From Squalus acanthias (taxonomy: Eukaryota): a DNA stretch of 64,000 nucleotides. Positions 27,706-39,954 of this stretch are shown one piece after another. A model generated the notes under the pieces. That model saw nothing but the letters and a program-made list of their open reading frames with translations. It made no database searches and was not told where the DNA came from. A program made the translations under genes and the position numbers. The stretch lies in contig CM059432.1 of assembly GCA_030390025.1 (NCBI GenBank), positions 41,852,001-41,916,000 of the forward strand. The letters run 5' to 3'. Positions within the stretch are counted from its first letter, which is position 1, and each line of letters begins with the position of its first letter.

Positions 27706-28866
27706 CTAGAAGCGGCTTGTTATCAGCTGTTGACGGACAGCCCTTGCAGTTTCAACATTGTGGGCCTCCCTCCCGCCTTGGTGCTGCTGCTGATCATCCT
27801 CCTCCTCTTCCTCCTCCTCCTCCAGTGGTGCTCCAAGGTCTGGTGGCATTGGCTGGGTCCTGAGGATTGCCAGGTTATGAAGCATGCAGCACACAACTAT
27901 GAAGAGGGAGACTCACTCAGACGAGTACTGCAGGGCTCCTCCTGAGTGGTCCAGACAGCGGAACCATTGCTTGAGCACGCCGGTCGTCTGCTCAATGAAG
28001 TTCCTGGTGGCGAGATGGCTCTCATTGTACCGCAGCTCAGCAGGGGTGTTGGGGTTACGGAGCGGTGTCATCAGCCAGGTGCACAGTGGATAACCCTTGT
28101 CCCCGAGGAGCCAACCACTTGGTTGATGCGGTGCCTGGAAAAGTTCTGGCACAGCAGTCTGGCGCAGGATGAAAGCATCGTGGCTGCTGCCAGGATAGCG
28201 GGCATTAACAGCGAGTATCAGCTGTCTGTGGTCACAGACCAACTGGACGTTTAAGGAGTGGAACCCTTTGCAGTTTCGGAAAACCTCTGCATTCTCATGC
28301 AGTGCCCTCAATGCCACATGCGTGCAGTCAATGGCGCCCTGCACCATGGGGAAGCCCGCTATCCTCGCAAAGCCCAATGTGCGTTCATGCTGTTTAGCCC
28401 GGGTCATCGGGAAAGAGATGTACTGGTGTCTCCTTTTATAGAGGGCATTTGTGACCTGACGGATACAGCAATGGACCGCGAACTGGGAGATATTGGCAAT
28501 GTCCCCAGTAGCTGCTTGAAAGGAGCCGGTGGCATAAAAATTCAGAGCCACTGTGACCTTCACTGCCACCGACAGAGACGTCCTGGTTCTCAGTTGAGGC
28601 TGCAGATCTGGCTGCAGCAGGTGGCAGAGCTCAGTGACCACCTCCTTGCTGAAGCGCAGCCTGCGCAAACACTGCTCCTCAGACAAATGAATGTAGGAGA
28701 ATTGTTCCCGGAATACCCTGGGAGGGTAAGGTCTCCTGTGCAGAGGCCTGTTGGCCCTCCTCCGTCTGGCCATGAATGCCACTCTCTCTCTGCGTCTCTG
28801 TTGCCTCCGATTCTGCAGGCGCAGGACGACGCCCCGAATCAGTGCAGCCCCCGAGTCTCTTGGCAA
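27706..28866 (-). pseudogene. HARBI1-like DDE transposase with one frameshift near 27915 and no clear ATG
   Basis: GAIDCTHV, GFHSLNVQLVCD, YPGSSHDAFIL, WLLGDKGYP and IEQTTGVLK motifs; C-terminal CCMLHN and acidic tail lie in a second frame. Confidence 0.9.
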
Positions 28867-30061
28867 TCAAAGTAATGAAGGTCAAATCCAAAAGAACCTG
28901 CAAAGTGATGCTCAGTAGCCAAAACTACATCACACAGCGTTGACTCTATGCAGAAGTCTCTCTATCTCTCTCTCTCTCAGAATCTCTCTCTCTCTCAGAA
29001 TGAGTGGTGCAAAAAAAGTCCGGGTCCCATCCGGGGTGCCACCAGGGCGTTGCATGCTCAACTGACGTCATGCTCTGCGGGCGCAGGAGATCGGGGCGGT
29101 AAACTTTTGCGCTGCCGCAAAAACTCTAGTCAATTTCGTGAGCGGCGTAAACATCGCCACGCCCGGGCACTAGTTGCTTTGCGCCCCATTAGCACCCTCT
29201 ATGGATGCTAACAGGAGGCGCTAGCCAACCAAATTTTTCCCCCATGGTCTCTTACCCAGACTCCAGATAACATTATCCGGCGTCATTACAAATCTCAAAG
29301 TTTCCTCATCAGCTTATACAATTAACATTTGCCTGCAGTGTGGTGGAAGTATCCATGCTGGACAGCTTGCAATGTGCTTGGCCATCACCAACTGCTTAAT
29401 TCAACTACTCATATAAGGGGTTTTGGCAAAGAGACTTGCCATTAGAATGCCCACAACCTGGGGTGTTGAGAAACAAGCTGGAGTAGGCCAGAGCATTCCC
29501 CTCAAGGGAATCATTTCCCCCTTTCCACAAATTTTGATGCTGGACCTCACACATGGGCTAATGGAACCTCTTCCACTGCATGCCTAGAAATTCCAAACAA
29601 TGAAGGAGAATTGTTTGGAAAGACCTTTTATACACCACAAGCTTAAACTGAAATGGAACTGAACTACACTGTAACAGATCACTGAAAGAGCAAATTAGGT
29701 TAACTTATGCACCATTCTTTTCTTCTTCCATGTAGGGAAATACATTGGCTCCATTCAGTTGAAGCCTAAGAATTTGCCGTGTATGGGAACACAGTAATCA
29801 AGAGCTCGAGGTGAAATTAGTTTGACCAGTCACAAAAGTAATGCGCGGAACAGGCTCGAGGGGTTCAATGGCCTACTATAAGAACATAAGACCATAAGAA
29901 ATAGGAGCAGGAGTAGGCCATTCGGCCCATCGAGCCTGCTCCACCATTCAATATGATCATGGCTGATCTCCTACCTCAACTCCACTTTCCTGCACTATCC
30001 CCATATCCCTTGATTCCCTTAATATCCAAAAATCTATCGATCTCTGTCTTGAATATACTCA

Positions 30062-30342
30062 TGATGCGGAGATGCCGGCGTTGGACTGGGGTGGACAAAA
30101 AATGAGAAGTCGCACAACACCAGGTTATAGTCCAACAGATTTATTTAAAATTACAAGCTTTCGGAGCTATCGCCCCTTCCTCAGGTAAAGTTACAATGAG
30201 TGAATCTACAAAAGTTCTGTGAACTTTTGTAGATTCACTCATTGTAACTTTACCTGAGGAAGGGGCGATAGCTCCGAAAGCTTGTAATTTTAAATAAATC
30301 TGTTGGACTATAACCTGGTGTTGTGCGACTTCTCATTTTTTG
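30062..30342. repeat. Penelope-derived perfect hairpin insertion
   Basis: Arms 30096-30217 and 30221-30342 are exact reverse complements with loop TGT; flanking direct repeat ttgaatatactca. Confidence 0.92.
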
Positions 30343-31150
30343 AATATACTCAACAACTGAGCCTCCACAGCTCTCTAGGGTAGAGAATTCCAAAGATTCA
30401 CCAGCCTCTGAGTGAAGAATTTTCTCCTCATCTCAGTCCTAAATGGCCGACCCCTTATTCTGAGACTATGACCCCTGGTTCTAGACTCCCCAGCCAGGGG
30501 AAACATCCTCCCTGCATCTACCCTGTCAAGCCCTGTAAGAATTTTGTATGTTTCAATGAGATCACGTCTCATTCTTTTAAACTCTAGAGAATATAGGCCT
30601 AGTCTACTCAATCTCTCCTCATAGTACAATCCCCCCAACCCAGGAATCCATCTGGTGAACCTTCGTTGCACTCCCTCTATGGCAAGTATATCCTTCCTTA
30701 GGTAAGGAGACCAAAACTGTACACAATACTCCAGATGTGGTCTCACCAGGGCCCTATATAATTGCAGTAAGACGTCTTTACTCTTATACTCAAATTCTCT
30801 TGTAATAAAGGCCAACATACTATTTGCATTCCTAATTGCTTGCTGTACCTGCATGTTAACTTTCAGTGATTCGTGTACAAGGACACCCAGGTCCCTCTGA
30901 ACACCAACGTTTCCCAATCTCTCACCATTTAAAAAATACTCTGCTTTTCTAATTTTCCAACAAAGTGGATAACTTCACATTTCTCTACATTATATTCCAT
31001 TTGCCATGTTCTTGCCCACTCACTTAGCCTGTCTATAGCCCCTTGAAGCCTCTTTGCATCCTCCTCACAATTTACATTCCCACCTAGCTTTGTATCATCA
31101 GCAAATTTGGATATATTACATTTGGTCCCCTCATCCAAATCATTGATTAC

Positions 31151-31996
31151 GGGCGCGATCTTGCCAGCCCTGGGGAGGCGGGTATGGAGGCGGGACTGCT
31201 GGGAAAATGGTAGAATTTGGGGGCAGGTGCCCAACCCGCCCCCAACCCACCTCTGTGCCATCTTGCCAGGAGGCGGGTAGCCGTCCCGCGCCGGGTCCCG
31301 TCTCCTTGGAGGCGGGAAGGGGTTACAGCCACTTAACTGCTTGTTAACAGGTAATTAACAGGCAGATAAGAAGATTATCCCCATTTTTCCCACACAAGTG
31401 CGGGCTTCCCAAAGGCTCCGAACCCCACCAGGGTCACCGAGGCGAGCAGTGGGTCTGCGGGGGTCGGAGGGGTCCAAAAGTGTGCTGTGGAGGTAAGTGA
31501 TGGGTGCAAGTGTGGAGAGATGAGTATCTGAGGTAAGTGGAAAGTGTTAAAAAAAGTGTACTTACCTTTGTTTCTTCCTGCAGGCTTCAATCTGTGTGTG
31601 TGCGGAGAGTCTCGCACCTCCGCGGCCGAGATGACAGATGGCCGTTGCATTCTCCAATGCAACAACCATCTCATTTCTGCAAAAGAAAGAGGTTTGATGA
31701 GGTCTTGAATTCAAGAACTCATCAAACTACAGAGAATGTCACTGTTTGACAGCTTCACAGAGCTGTCAAACGATGACAATTCATCTGTCAAAAATTTTTG
31801 ACAGATGAAACGTCATACGTTGACGTTCTCTGCAACCGGCTTTCCCTTAATTGGCCTGCTAAGCCCGCTGGGCGGGCTTAACAAGGTCAATCAAGGGAAA
31901 ATAGCGTGGGTTGGCCACAAATCGATGGCGGCAGGACATCGACCCGCCAAGCAGCAGTCCCGCCTCCAACGCGCCCCCATTGACAAAATCACCCCC
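31151..31996. mobile_element. MITE (Harbinger-type) nested in CR1
   Basis: Imperfect TIRs gggcgcgatcttgcca / tgacaaaatcaccccc; splits the CR1 sequence just before NDLDEG; TSD not clean. Confidence 0.7.
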
Positions 31997-32721
31997 ATAG
32001 ATTGTGAATAGCTCAGGCCCAAACACTGATCCTTACTGTACCCCACTAGTTACAGCCTGCCAACCCGAAAATGACCCGTTTATTCCTACTGTCTGTTTTC
32101 TGTCCGTTAAACAATCCTCAATCCATGCTGGTATATTACCACCAATCCCATGAGCCCTAATTTTGTTTAATAACCTCTTGTGTAGCATCTTATCGAATGC
32201 CTTCTGAAAATCCAAATACACCATATCCACTGATCCCCCCTTATCTATTCTGCTAATTACAACCTCAAAAAACTCGAACAGATTTGTCAAACATGATTTC
32301 CCTTTCATAAATCCGTGTTGATTCTACCCAATCCTATTATTATTTTCTCAGTGCCCTGTTACCACGTCCTTAATAATAGATTCTAGCATTTTCCCTACTA
32401 CTGATGTCAGGCTAACTGGTCTGTAGTTTCCCGTTTTCTCTCTCCTCCTTTCTTAAATAGTGGGGTTACATTTGCTACCTTCCAATCTGCGGGAACCGTT
32501 CTAGAATCTATGGAATTTGGAAGATGAGAACTAATGCACCCACTATCTCTATAGCCACCGCTTTCAAAACCCTACATTGTAGGCCATCAGTCCCATTAAT
32601 TTCGCCAGTACTTTTTTTTACTTACACTAATTTCTTTCAGTTCCTCATTCTCGCTAGACCCTTGGCTCTCCACTATTTCCGGGAAGTTTTTTGCGTCTTC
32701 TTCTGTGAAGACAGACACAAA

Positions 32722-33429
32722 GGAGTCTAAATTCGGTTGATTTGCGCCTCTCGTTAGCGCACTAAGAGGGCGCAAATCAACTAGCGCCTGGGCGCGGCGC
32801 CGCTAACGCCTCCCGCGAAATTCAGCGGGAGGTTAGCGGCGGCACTAACCGTTAGCGCTGCCGGCGATGACGTCATCGCCATGTGCAGCGCCCCGCTCGC
32901 GCCCCGACTGTAATATTGGGTGGCACCCCCCGACTTACTGCCAGACGCTATGTCCGCCGGGGTCAGGGGGGGCGGTGCTAGTTAAAGGGGAGGTGGTGGA
33001 CGGCCATTTTTGTTGCTGGCCGCCTGCCAGCACTTGCCCCCGTTGCTGTCCCCGGCCCCCGGGAAGCCCCCCCCGCGGGGTGCCGGCTGCTCTCCGTGAG
33101 CCCGGCACTCCTCTTTAATGCCAGGCTTGTTTGCTGGCACTCCCGATCCCTGGTGGCCCAGCTGGGTGCCGGGACACGCTGCGCCAGGCCCCTCCCCTTT
33201 AATAAGGGGAGGAAGGCCTGCAGTACCGTGGCGCTGCGGCACATAGCACCGCAATATTGGCTTGCAGCGCCCCAAGAGGGACGCGGGGCGCTTCCAGAAG
33301 CGCCCCTCCTCCCTCTCGGGGCGCTACCTGTGAAAATCGGCCGCAGGGGCGCTAACTTTTTCGGGCCACTAAAATTAGTGCCCCGGCGAAGGTAGCACCC
33401 CAAAGGGAGCGCTACCCAATTTTTACCCC
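32722..33429 (-). mobile_element. Harbinger MITE nested in CR1, 708 bp
   Basis: TSD AAA restores CR1 gacacaaagtattt; inverted sibling of 40654-41413. Confidence 0.88.
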
Positions 33430-34380
33430 AAAGTATTTGTTTAATTTCTCTGCCATTTCCTTATTCCGCATTATAATTTCTCCTGTCTCAGCCTGTAAGG
33501 GACCCACATTTACTTTCGCTAATCTTTTCCTTTCTACATACCTATAGAAGCTTTTACAGTCTTTTTATGTCTCTCACTAGTTTACTCTCATATTCTATTT
33601 TCCCATTCTTTAGCAATTTCTTGGTCCTCCTTTGCTGAATTCTAAAATCCTCCTCAGGCTTACTACTCTTTTGGCAACATTATAAGCCTCTTCCTTTGAT
33701 CTAATACTGTCTTTAACTTCTCTTGTTAGCCACGGTTGGACCACTTTTCCTGTGGGGTTTCTGTGCCTTAAAGGAATGTATATTTGTTGTAAATTGTGTA
33801 TTAATTCTTTAAATGCTAGCCATTGCTTGTCTACTGTCATACCTTTTAATGTCGTTTCCCAATATACCTTAGCCTACTCGCCCCTCATACCTACGTCGTT
33901 TGCTTTGTTTAGATTTAAGACCCTGGTTTCGGATTTAACTAAATGACTTTCAAACTCAATATAAAATTCTATCATATTATGGTCACTCTTCCCTGAATGC
34001 CCCTTTACTATAAGGTTATTAATGAACCCTTTCTCATTGCACAATACTAGATCTAAAATAGCCTGTTTCCCTAGTTGGTTCCTCAACATACTGATTTAGA
34101 AAACTATCTTGCCTACATACCATGAATTGGTCCTCCACACTATTACTGCAAATTTGGTTTGCCCAGTCTATATGTAGATTAAAGTCCCCCATGAGTACTG
34201 TATTACCCTTGTTACATGCACCTCTAATTTTCTGATTTATACACTGCCCTACATTACAAACACTGTTTGGGGGCCTATAAACAACTCCCACCAATGTTTT
34301 CTGCCCCTTGCTGTTTCTTAGCTCCACCCAAACTGATTCTACTTCTTGATTTTCAGAGCTAAGATCCTTTCTCTCTACTG

Positions 34381-36970
34381 TCTTCATCCTAGGGTTCTAA
34401 AAGAGGTGGCTGAAGAGATAGTGGATGTATTGGTTTTGATCTTCCAAAATTCCCTAGATTCTGGAGAGGTCCCAGCGGATTGGAACGGCAATAGATTGGG
34501 AAAAGGGGAAGTGCAACGAGATCTGGGAGTCCTTGTGCACCAGTCGCTGAAGGTAAGCATGCAGGTGCAGCAGGCGGTTAAGAAGGAAAATGGTATGTTG
34601 GCCTTCACAGCAAGAGGATTCGAGTACAGGAGCAAGGATGTCTTGCTGCAGTTGTACAGGGCCTTGCTGAGACCACACCTTGAGTATTGTGTGCAGTTTT
34701 GGTCGCCTTATCTGAGGAAGGATGTTCTTGCCATGGAGGGAGTGCAGCAAAGATTCACCAGACTGATTCCTGGGATGGCAGGAATGACGTATGAAGAGAG
34801 ATTGGGTCGATTAGGCTTATATTCGCTAGAGTTTCGAAGAATGAGAGGGGATCTCATTGAAACTTATAAAATTCTAACAGGACTAGACAGACTAGATGCA
34901 GGAAGGATGTTCCCGATGGCGGGGGAGTCCAGAACCAGAGGTCACAGTCTAAGGATAAGGGGTAAGCCATTTAGGACAGAGATGAGGAGGAATTTCTTCA
35001 CCCAGAGAGTGGTGAACCTGTGGAATTCTCTACCACAGAAGGCAGTTGAGGCCAATTCATTAAATATATTCAAGAAGGAGATAGATATATTTCTTAAGGC
35101 TAAAGGGATCAAGGGATATGGGGAGAAAGCAGGGACAGGGTACTGAATTTGGATGATCAGCCATGATCTCATTAAATGGCGGAGCAGGCTCGAGGGGCCG
35201 AATGGCCTACTCCTGCTTCTATGCTTCTATGGAAGGTCGCAAATGTAACACCTCTATTCAAGAAAGGAGGGAGAGAAAAAACAGGGAACTACAGGCCAGT
35301 TAGCCTGACATCAGTTGTCAGGAAAATGCTGGAATCTATTGTTAAGGAAGTGGTATCCAGTCACTTAGAAAATCAAAACATGATTAAGAGTCAAAATGGT
35401 TTTATGAAAGGGAAATCATGTTTGACAAATTTATTAGAGTTTTTTGAGGATGTAACTAGCAGGGGAACCAATGGATGTAGTCTATTTGGATTTCCAAAAG
35501 GCATTCGATAAGGTGCCACATAACATTAGGGCTCATGGGGTTGGGGGTAATATAGTAGCATGGATAGAGGATTGGTTAACAGAGAGTAGGGATAAACGGA
35601 TCTTTTTCAGGTTGGCAGGCTGTAACTAGTGGGGTGCCGCAAGGATCAGTGTTGGGGCCTCAGCTATTTACAATCTATATTAATGACATAGATGAAGGGA
35701 CCGAGTATAATGTATCCAAGTTTGCTGATGATACAAAGCTAGGTGGGACAGTAAGCTGTGAGGAGAACACAAAGAGTCTGCAAAGGGATATAGATAGACT
35801 AAGTGAGTGGGCAGTAAGGTGGCAGATGGAGTATAATGTAGGGAAATGTGAGGTTATTCACTTTGGTAGGAAGAATAGAAAAACAGAATATTTTTTAAAT
35901 GGTGAGAAACTTTCAAATGTTGGTGTTCAGAGAGATTTAGGTGTCCTCGTGCAAGAAACACAGAAAGCTAGCATGCAGGTACAGCAAGCAATAAGGAAGG
36001 CAAATGGCATGTTGGCCTTTATTGCAAGGGGGTTCACACAGAATCCCCACAGTGCAGATAGAGGCCATTTCGGCCCATCGAGCCTGCACCGACACATATC
36101 CCACCCTATCCCCGTAACCCCACTTATTTAATCCCCCCCCTAACACTAAGGGTCAATTTATCATAGCCTATTAACCTAACCCGCACATCTTTGGACTGTG
36201 GGAGGAAACCGGAGCACCCGGAGGAAACCCACGCAGACACGGGGAGAATGTGCAAACTCCACACAGACAGTCACCCAAGGCCGGATTCGAACCCGGGTCC
36301 CTGGCGCTGTGAGGCAACAGTACTAACCACTATGCCACCGTGTTGCCGGGTTGGAGTATAGAATAAGGAAGTCTTGCTATAATTGTACAGGGCCTTGGCG
36401 AGACCACACCTGGAATACTGTGCACAGTTCTAGTCTTATTTAAGGAAGGATATACTTGCCTTGGAGGCGGTGCAACGAAGGTTCACTAGATTGATTCCTG
36501 GGATGAGAGGGCTGTCCTATGATGAGAGATTGTGTAGAATGGGCCTATACTCTCTGGAATTTAGAAGAATGAGAGGTAATCTCATTGAAACATACAAGAT
36601 TCTGAAGGGGATTGACAGGGTAGATGCTGAGAGGTTGTTTCCCCTGGCTGGAGTGTCTCGAACTAGGGGGCATAGTCTCAGGATAAGGGCTAGGCCATTT
36701 AAGACTGAGATGAGGAGGAATTTCTTCACTTAGAGGGTTGTGAATCTTTGGAATTCTCTGCCCCAGAGGGCTGTGGATGCTGAGTCTTTGAGTATATTCA
36801 AAGCTGAGATAGATAGATTTTTGGACTCTAGGGGAATCAAGGGATATGGAGATCGGGCGGGAAAGTGGAGTTGAAGTCGATGATCAGCCATGATCTTACT
36901 GAATGGCGGAGCAGGCTCGAAGGGCCATATGGCCTACTCCTGCTCTTACTTCTTATGTTCTTATGTTCTA
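34381..36970 (+). mobile_element. CR1 LINE fragment hosting a younger CR1 (34486-35229) and an HE1-like SINE
   Basis: Host RT reads EVPADW|KVANVT across the insertion; TSD TGGAA at 34481-34485 and 35230-35234. Confidence 0.88.
36035..36347 (-). mobile_element. V-domain tRNA SINE (HE1-like)
   Basis: tRNA head (tggcatagtggtt...gggttcgaatcc), V-domain gtgtggagtttgcacattctccccgtgtctgcgtgggtttcctccgggtgctccggtttcctcccac; TSD gggtt. Confidence 0.85.
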
Positions 36971-37222
36971 ACATTGTTGCTTCCCAATTCCTCCAATCCT
37001 ACAGTATGTGACTAGGAAGTGCTTGTGCCAACACTGGGTTCGTAGAACTGCTGGAGTTCTGCTTCACAATCATGGGAAGTCCCAACTTCATTACCACAAC
37101 ATTATGCAAATTGTTTCTTTTAAAGGAAAAAAAAGTAAATCATGTGTTAATTCACAATAGTAGCACATATTAGCACATCTATAAAACATCCGTGACTCAC
37201 AGCAGCACTGTGCAGTACATAC

Positions 37223-37319
37223 CCAGAATGTGTCCTGTTGGACACTGACATTTTCCATGATTATCCATAATGGCACCTGAAGAACATTTAACACAGGTCC
37301 ATCCATCTTGGGTGACTGC
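37223..37319 (-). CDS. TMEM67: TMEM67 exon 3
   Basis: ttttcaag acceptor and gtatgt donor; 97 nt; AVTQDGWTCVKCSSGAIMDNHGKCQCPTGHIL resembles meckelin VT.DGW.C..C...GKC.CP.GHIL. Confidence 0.95.
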
Positions 37320-39954
37320 CTTGAAAAGAAGGAATTATAAGAAAATGTTTCAAAAGTTACACAACAATGGCGGAAAATATGGACAAACAACAGTCAAAGT
37401 GCATTTGTACATCAATGATATAGATTTAAGCCATTTAGGCCCTTTGCTCTATAGTTTCCTCCCTAAACCTCTTCGCTTCTCCACCTCTCTCTCCTACTTT
37501 AAGATTGCTCTTTAAAGCCTATGGGGGGGGGGGGGGTTGCTGAGGGGGGGTGAAATTGGGCTCTGTTGCGCCTGTTTTTTGGGGCGCTATGAGGTCTGTT
37601 GAACTACCAAAATGGCATCCTTAACACGCGTAAACATCCAATGGGAAGTGCCATGGCCTAGAAATTGGATTAGGCCCGAAAACAGGCAGTGTCAAGGGCC
37701 AGCCCTATTTGCCTGCGGTCATTGAATGTGGTCCAGGCAGCATGCAACATTCGTGCTGCCTGCTCATTATAATGATTGCAGCGCTTATCTCAGCGCTAAA
37801 CGCACTGCTGATTGGCTTAGTGCTGAACAGGTGGGCCAATATCGGGTGCAGTCTTATGGTCAGTAATGTTTGGCCTTGGCTCTCTGCACCCCTGAAAGGG
37901 GAGGAGCTTTGTTGCAGCAGCACCTCATTGTCAGTCAGGCTGAAGACATGGCTCAGCAATCTAGGGAGCAAGCACGAAGGTTCTCGGATGCTGCACTGGC
38001 GGCCTTAGTCGTGGCCGTTCAAAGAAGGTGGGTTGTGCTGTTCCCGCAGAGTGGCAGGAAGCCATCCAAGGCCACCTGCAGAAGGCTCTGGGAGAAGATA
38101 GCTAACTCTTGTCATGGCCACCAGTGTGGTCCCAAGGATGTGGATCTAGTGCCGAAAAAGGTTTAATGACCTCACACGGCAGTTCAAAGTGAGTGAAGGC
38201 TTCAGCAAATACCATGTCCCATCATCTGCACCACAAGCCTCACACACTGCTCAATGCACCACACCCCATCACTCACCTACTAACAATCTCTACCTATCAC
38301 CACTCACACCTCACAATCATGGCCTCACTTCATTCTCACAACCTTACCACTGCTGCAACACTCACACTCACATTTCACATCTTGCACACACTATTCAACT
38401 ATGGCAGGCAGATCACCCAAACACATTGCACTACACTCACTGACAAACTTCTCTTTCTCTTGCAGGCAAAGGTGGCACAGAACAGGAGGGAGCAGAGGAA
38501 GACGAGAGGCAGCCAAGCTGCTATACAGACCCTCAGCAACCTGGATGAATCGTGCTCGACATCATTGGACGGGCAGTGACGGAAGCCGTGGCAACGGGAG
38601 AAGTTGAAGCCATTGCTGATAATGACGGTATGGTCATTCCTAATTCTTCTTGTCTCATCCCACTTCCCCCTCATCCCACAATCTCTTCTCACTTACAAGC
38701 TGCTGATGGTGTATGCATGGATATCTTGCTTTTCCCCCCTGCCCATCACAAACCGACCCTTGTACCTTTCTGCTTTCAGATACCCAAAAAGTGCCACCAG
38801 CACTGCCTGTCCCTGATGTTGTGAAGGAGAGTGATGCAGGAGAAGACACACCATCACTGCATCTGACACCAGCTCAGAAAATGGCACTGCGCGGAATTTA
38901 GAGGGTAGTAAAGAGGCGGGATCTGCACATGGTGATGCACCGGGCACGATGGGCTGCAGCAAGTCCAGGGGGAAAGGGTAGCTCTGGGGCCAGCTCCCCA
39001 GAGGGCAAGTTCGCGCATGAGTTCTGCTGCACAGGACTCAGATGATGACCTCGATAGGGTATCCTTCAGAAGAAGGGCGATGGGCATGCACATGGAAATG
39101 CTAGATGCAATGGCAAGTCTACCAGAGAGACTCTTGTCAATGTCAAGGAGCATGGAGGAGTCCGGCTCCAAGATTGGACGGGACTTTGTGCAGAGCTTGG
39201 AGCCCAAGATTTTCAGGATAGAAATGATGAACAACTCCAGGGGAGACATTGTGGACCGAGCCATGATACTGCGTGTGATGGGCAATGTTGTGGCTTCCGT
39301 TGCAGCACAGGCGGAAGCAAACCAACATTTCAGTGCTGCAGTGGAAGCGCAGACTGCTTTCCTGGAGTCTCAGTTTGCTGCCACGCAAGCTCAGATTGCT
39401 CTCATGCAGTCTCAGCTTGCTGCCACGCAAGCTCAGACTGCTGCCATCATCGCTGGGTTTCCGAGTTTCACAAGGGGCTTGCAGGGTGTCGAAGCAGTCC
39501 AGCAATCTGTCCTCCAGCAGTGGCAGTGGGTCTGTGCAGCAAGAACCTGCTGTCCTCTCTCAGGGTGACAGCATTCCTACTCCTACCACTGTCACTCCGC
39601 CATTGCCTATCAGCCAGCCAGCCCAGACTGCTGCCGACCAAGCTGAGGTGGTGCAGTCTACAACCGGGCCTTCTAGGCGCACAGCTGGTCGAGGTCATTC
39701 TGCAAGGTCATCTGTACTCTCCCCCACTGAAAGTCAGCAGCCTTCCACCAGCCATGCTGCAGCCACTGGGGGAGCACTGCGTAGGAGCACTAGAGTAGGA
39801 AAACGCACACGAACGACAGGTACTAAGGGATGGCACAAAGGTAATTAGTTGATATTGTAATGTTAATTGGATTCTGATAAATTTATGATTTTTGTTTGGA
39901 ATGTGTGATTTGTGGTGGCTCTCATTTCAGCTTTGTGCCCAGGAGGTGGTATGA

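Larger units (their letters stand above)
25690..29243. mobile_element. PIF/Harbinger transposon, left end truncated, best-preserved two-gene copy
   Basis: Convergent Myb-like (+) and transposase (-) genes; the right TIR aaatttttccccc and its subterminal block are shared with the MITEs. Confidence 0.9.
29848..34380 (-). mobile_element. Long CR1 LINE (APE to 3' tail) interrupted by three nested insertions
   Basis: APE (YRPP, GDFN, SDHN) at 33900-34380; RT at 30375-32500; (TTCTTATG)n tail near 29880. Confidence 0.92.

Noticed and set aside
27706..28866. Domesticated HARBI1 or NAIF1 host genes
   Set aside because: TIR present, several decayed relatives in the same window, frameshifts and an intronic location indicate a transposon.
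34346..35146. 266-aa ORF that looked like an internally deleted RT
   Set aside because: Chance in-frame fusion of a host CR1 and a nested CR1; the TGGAA duplication and resumption at 35230 explain it.
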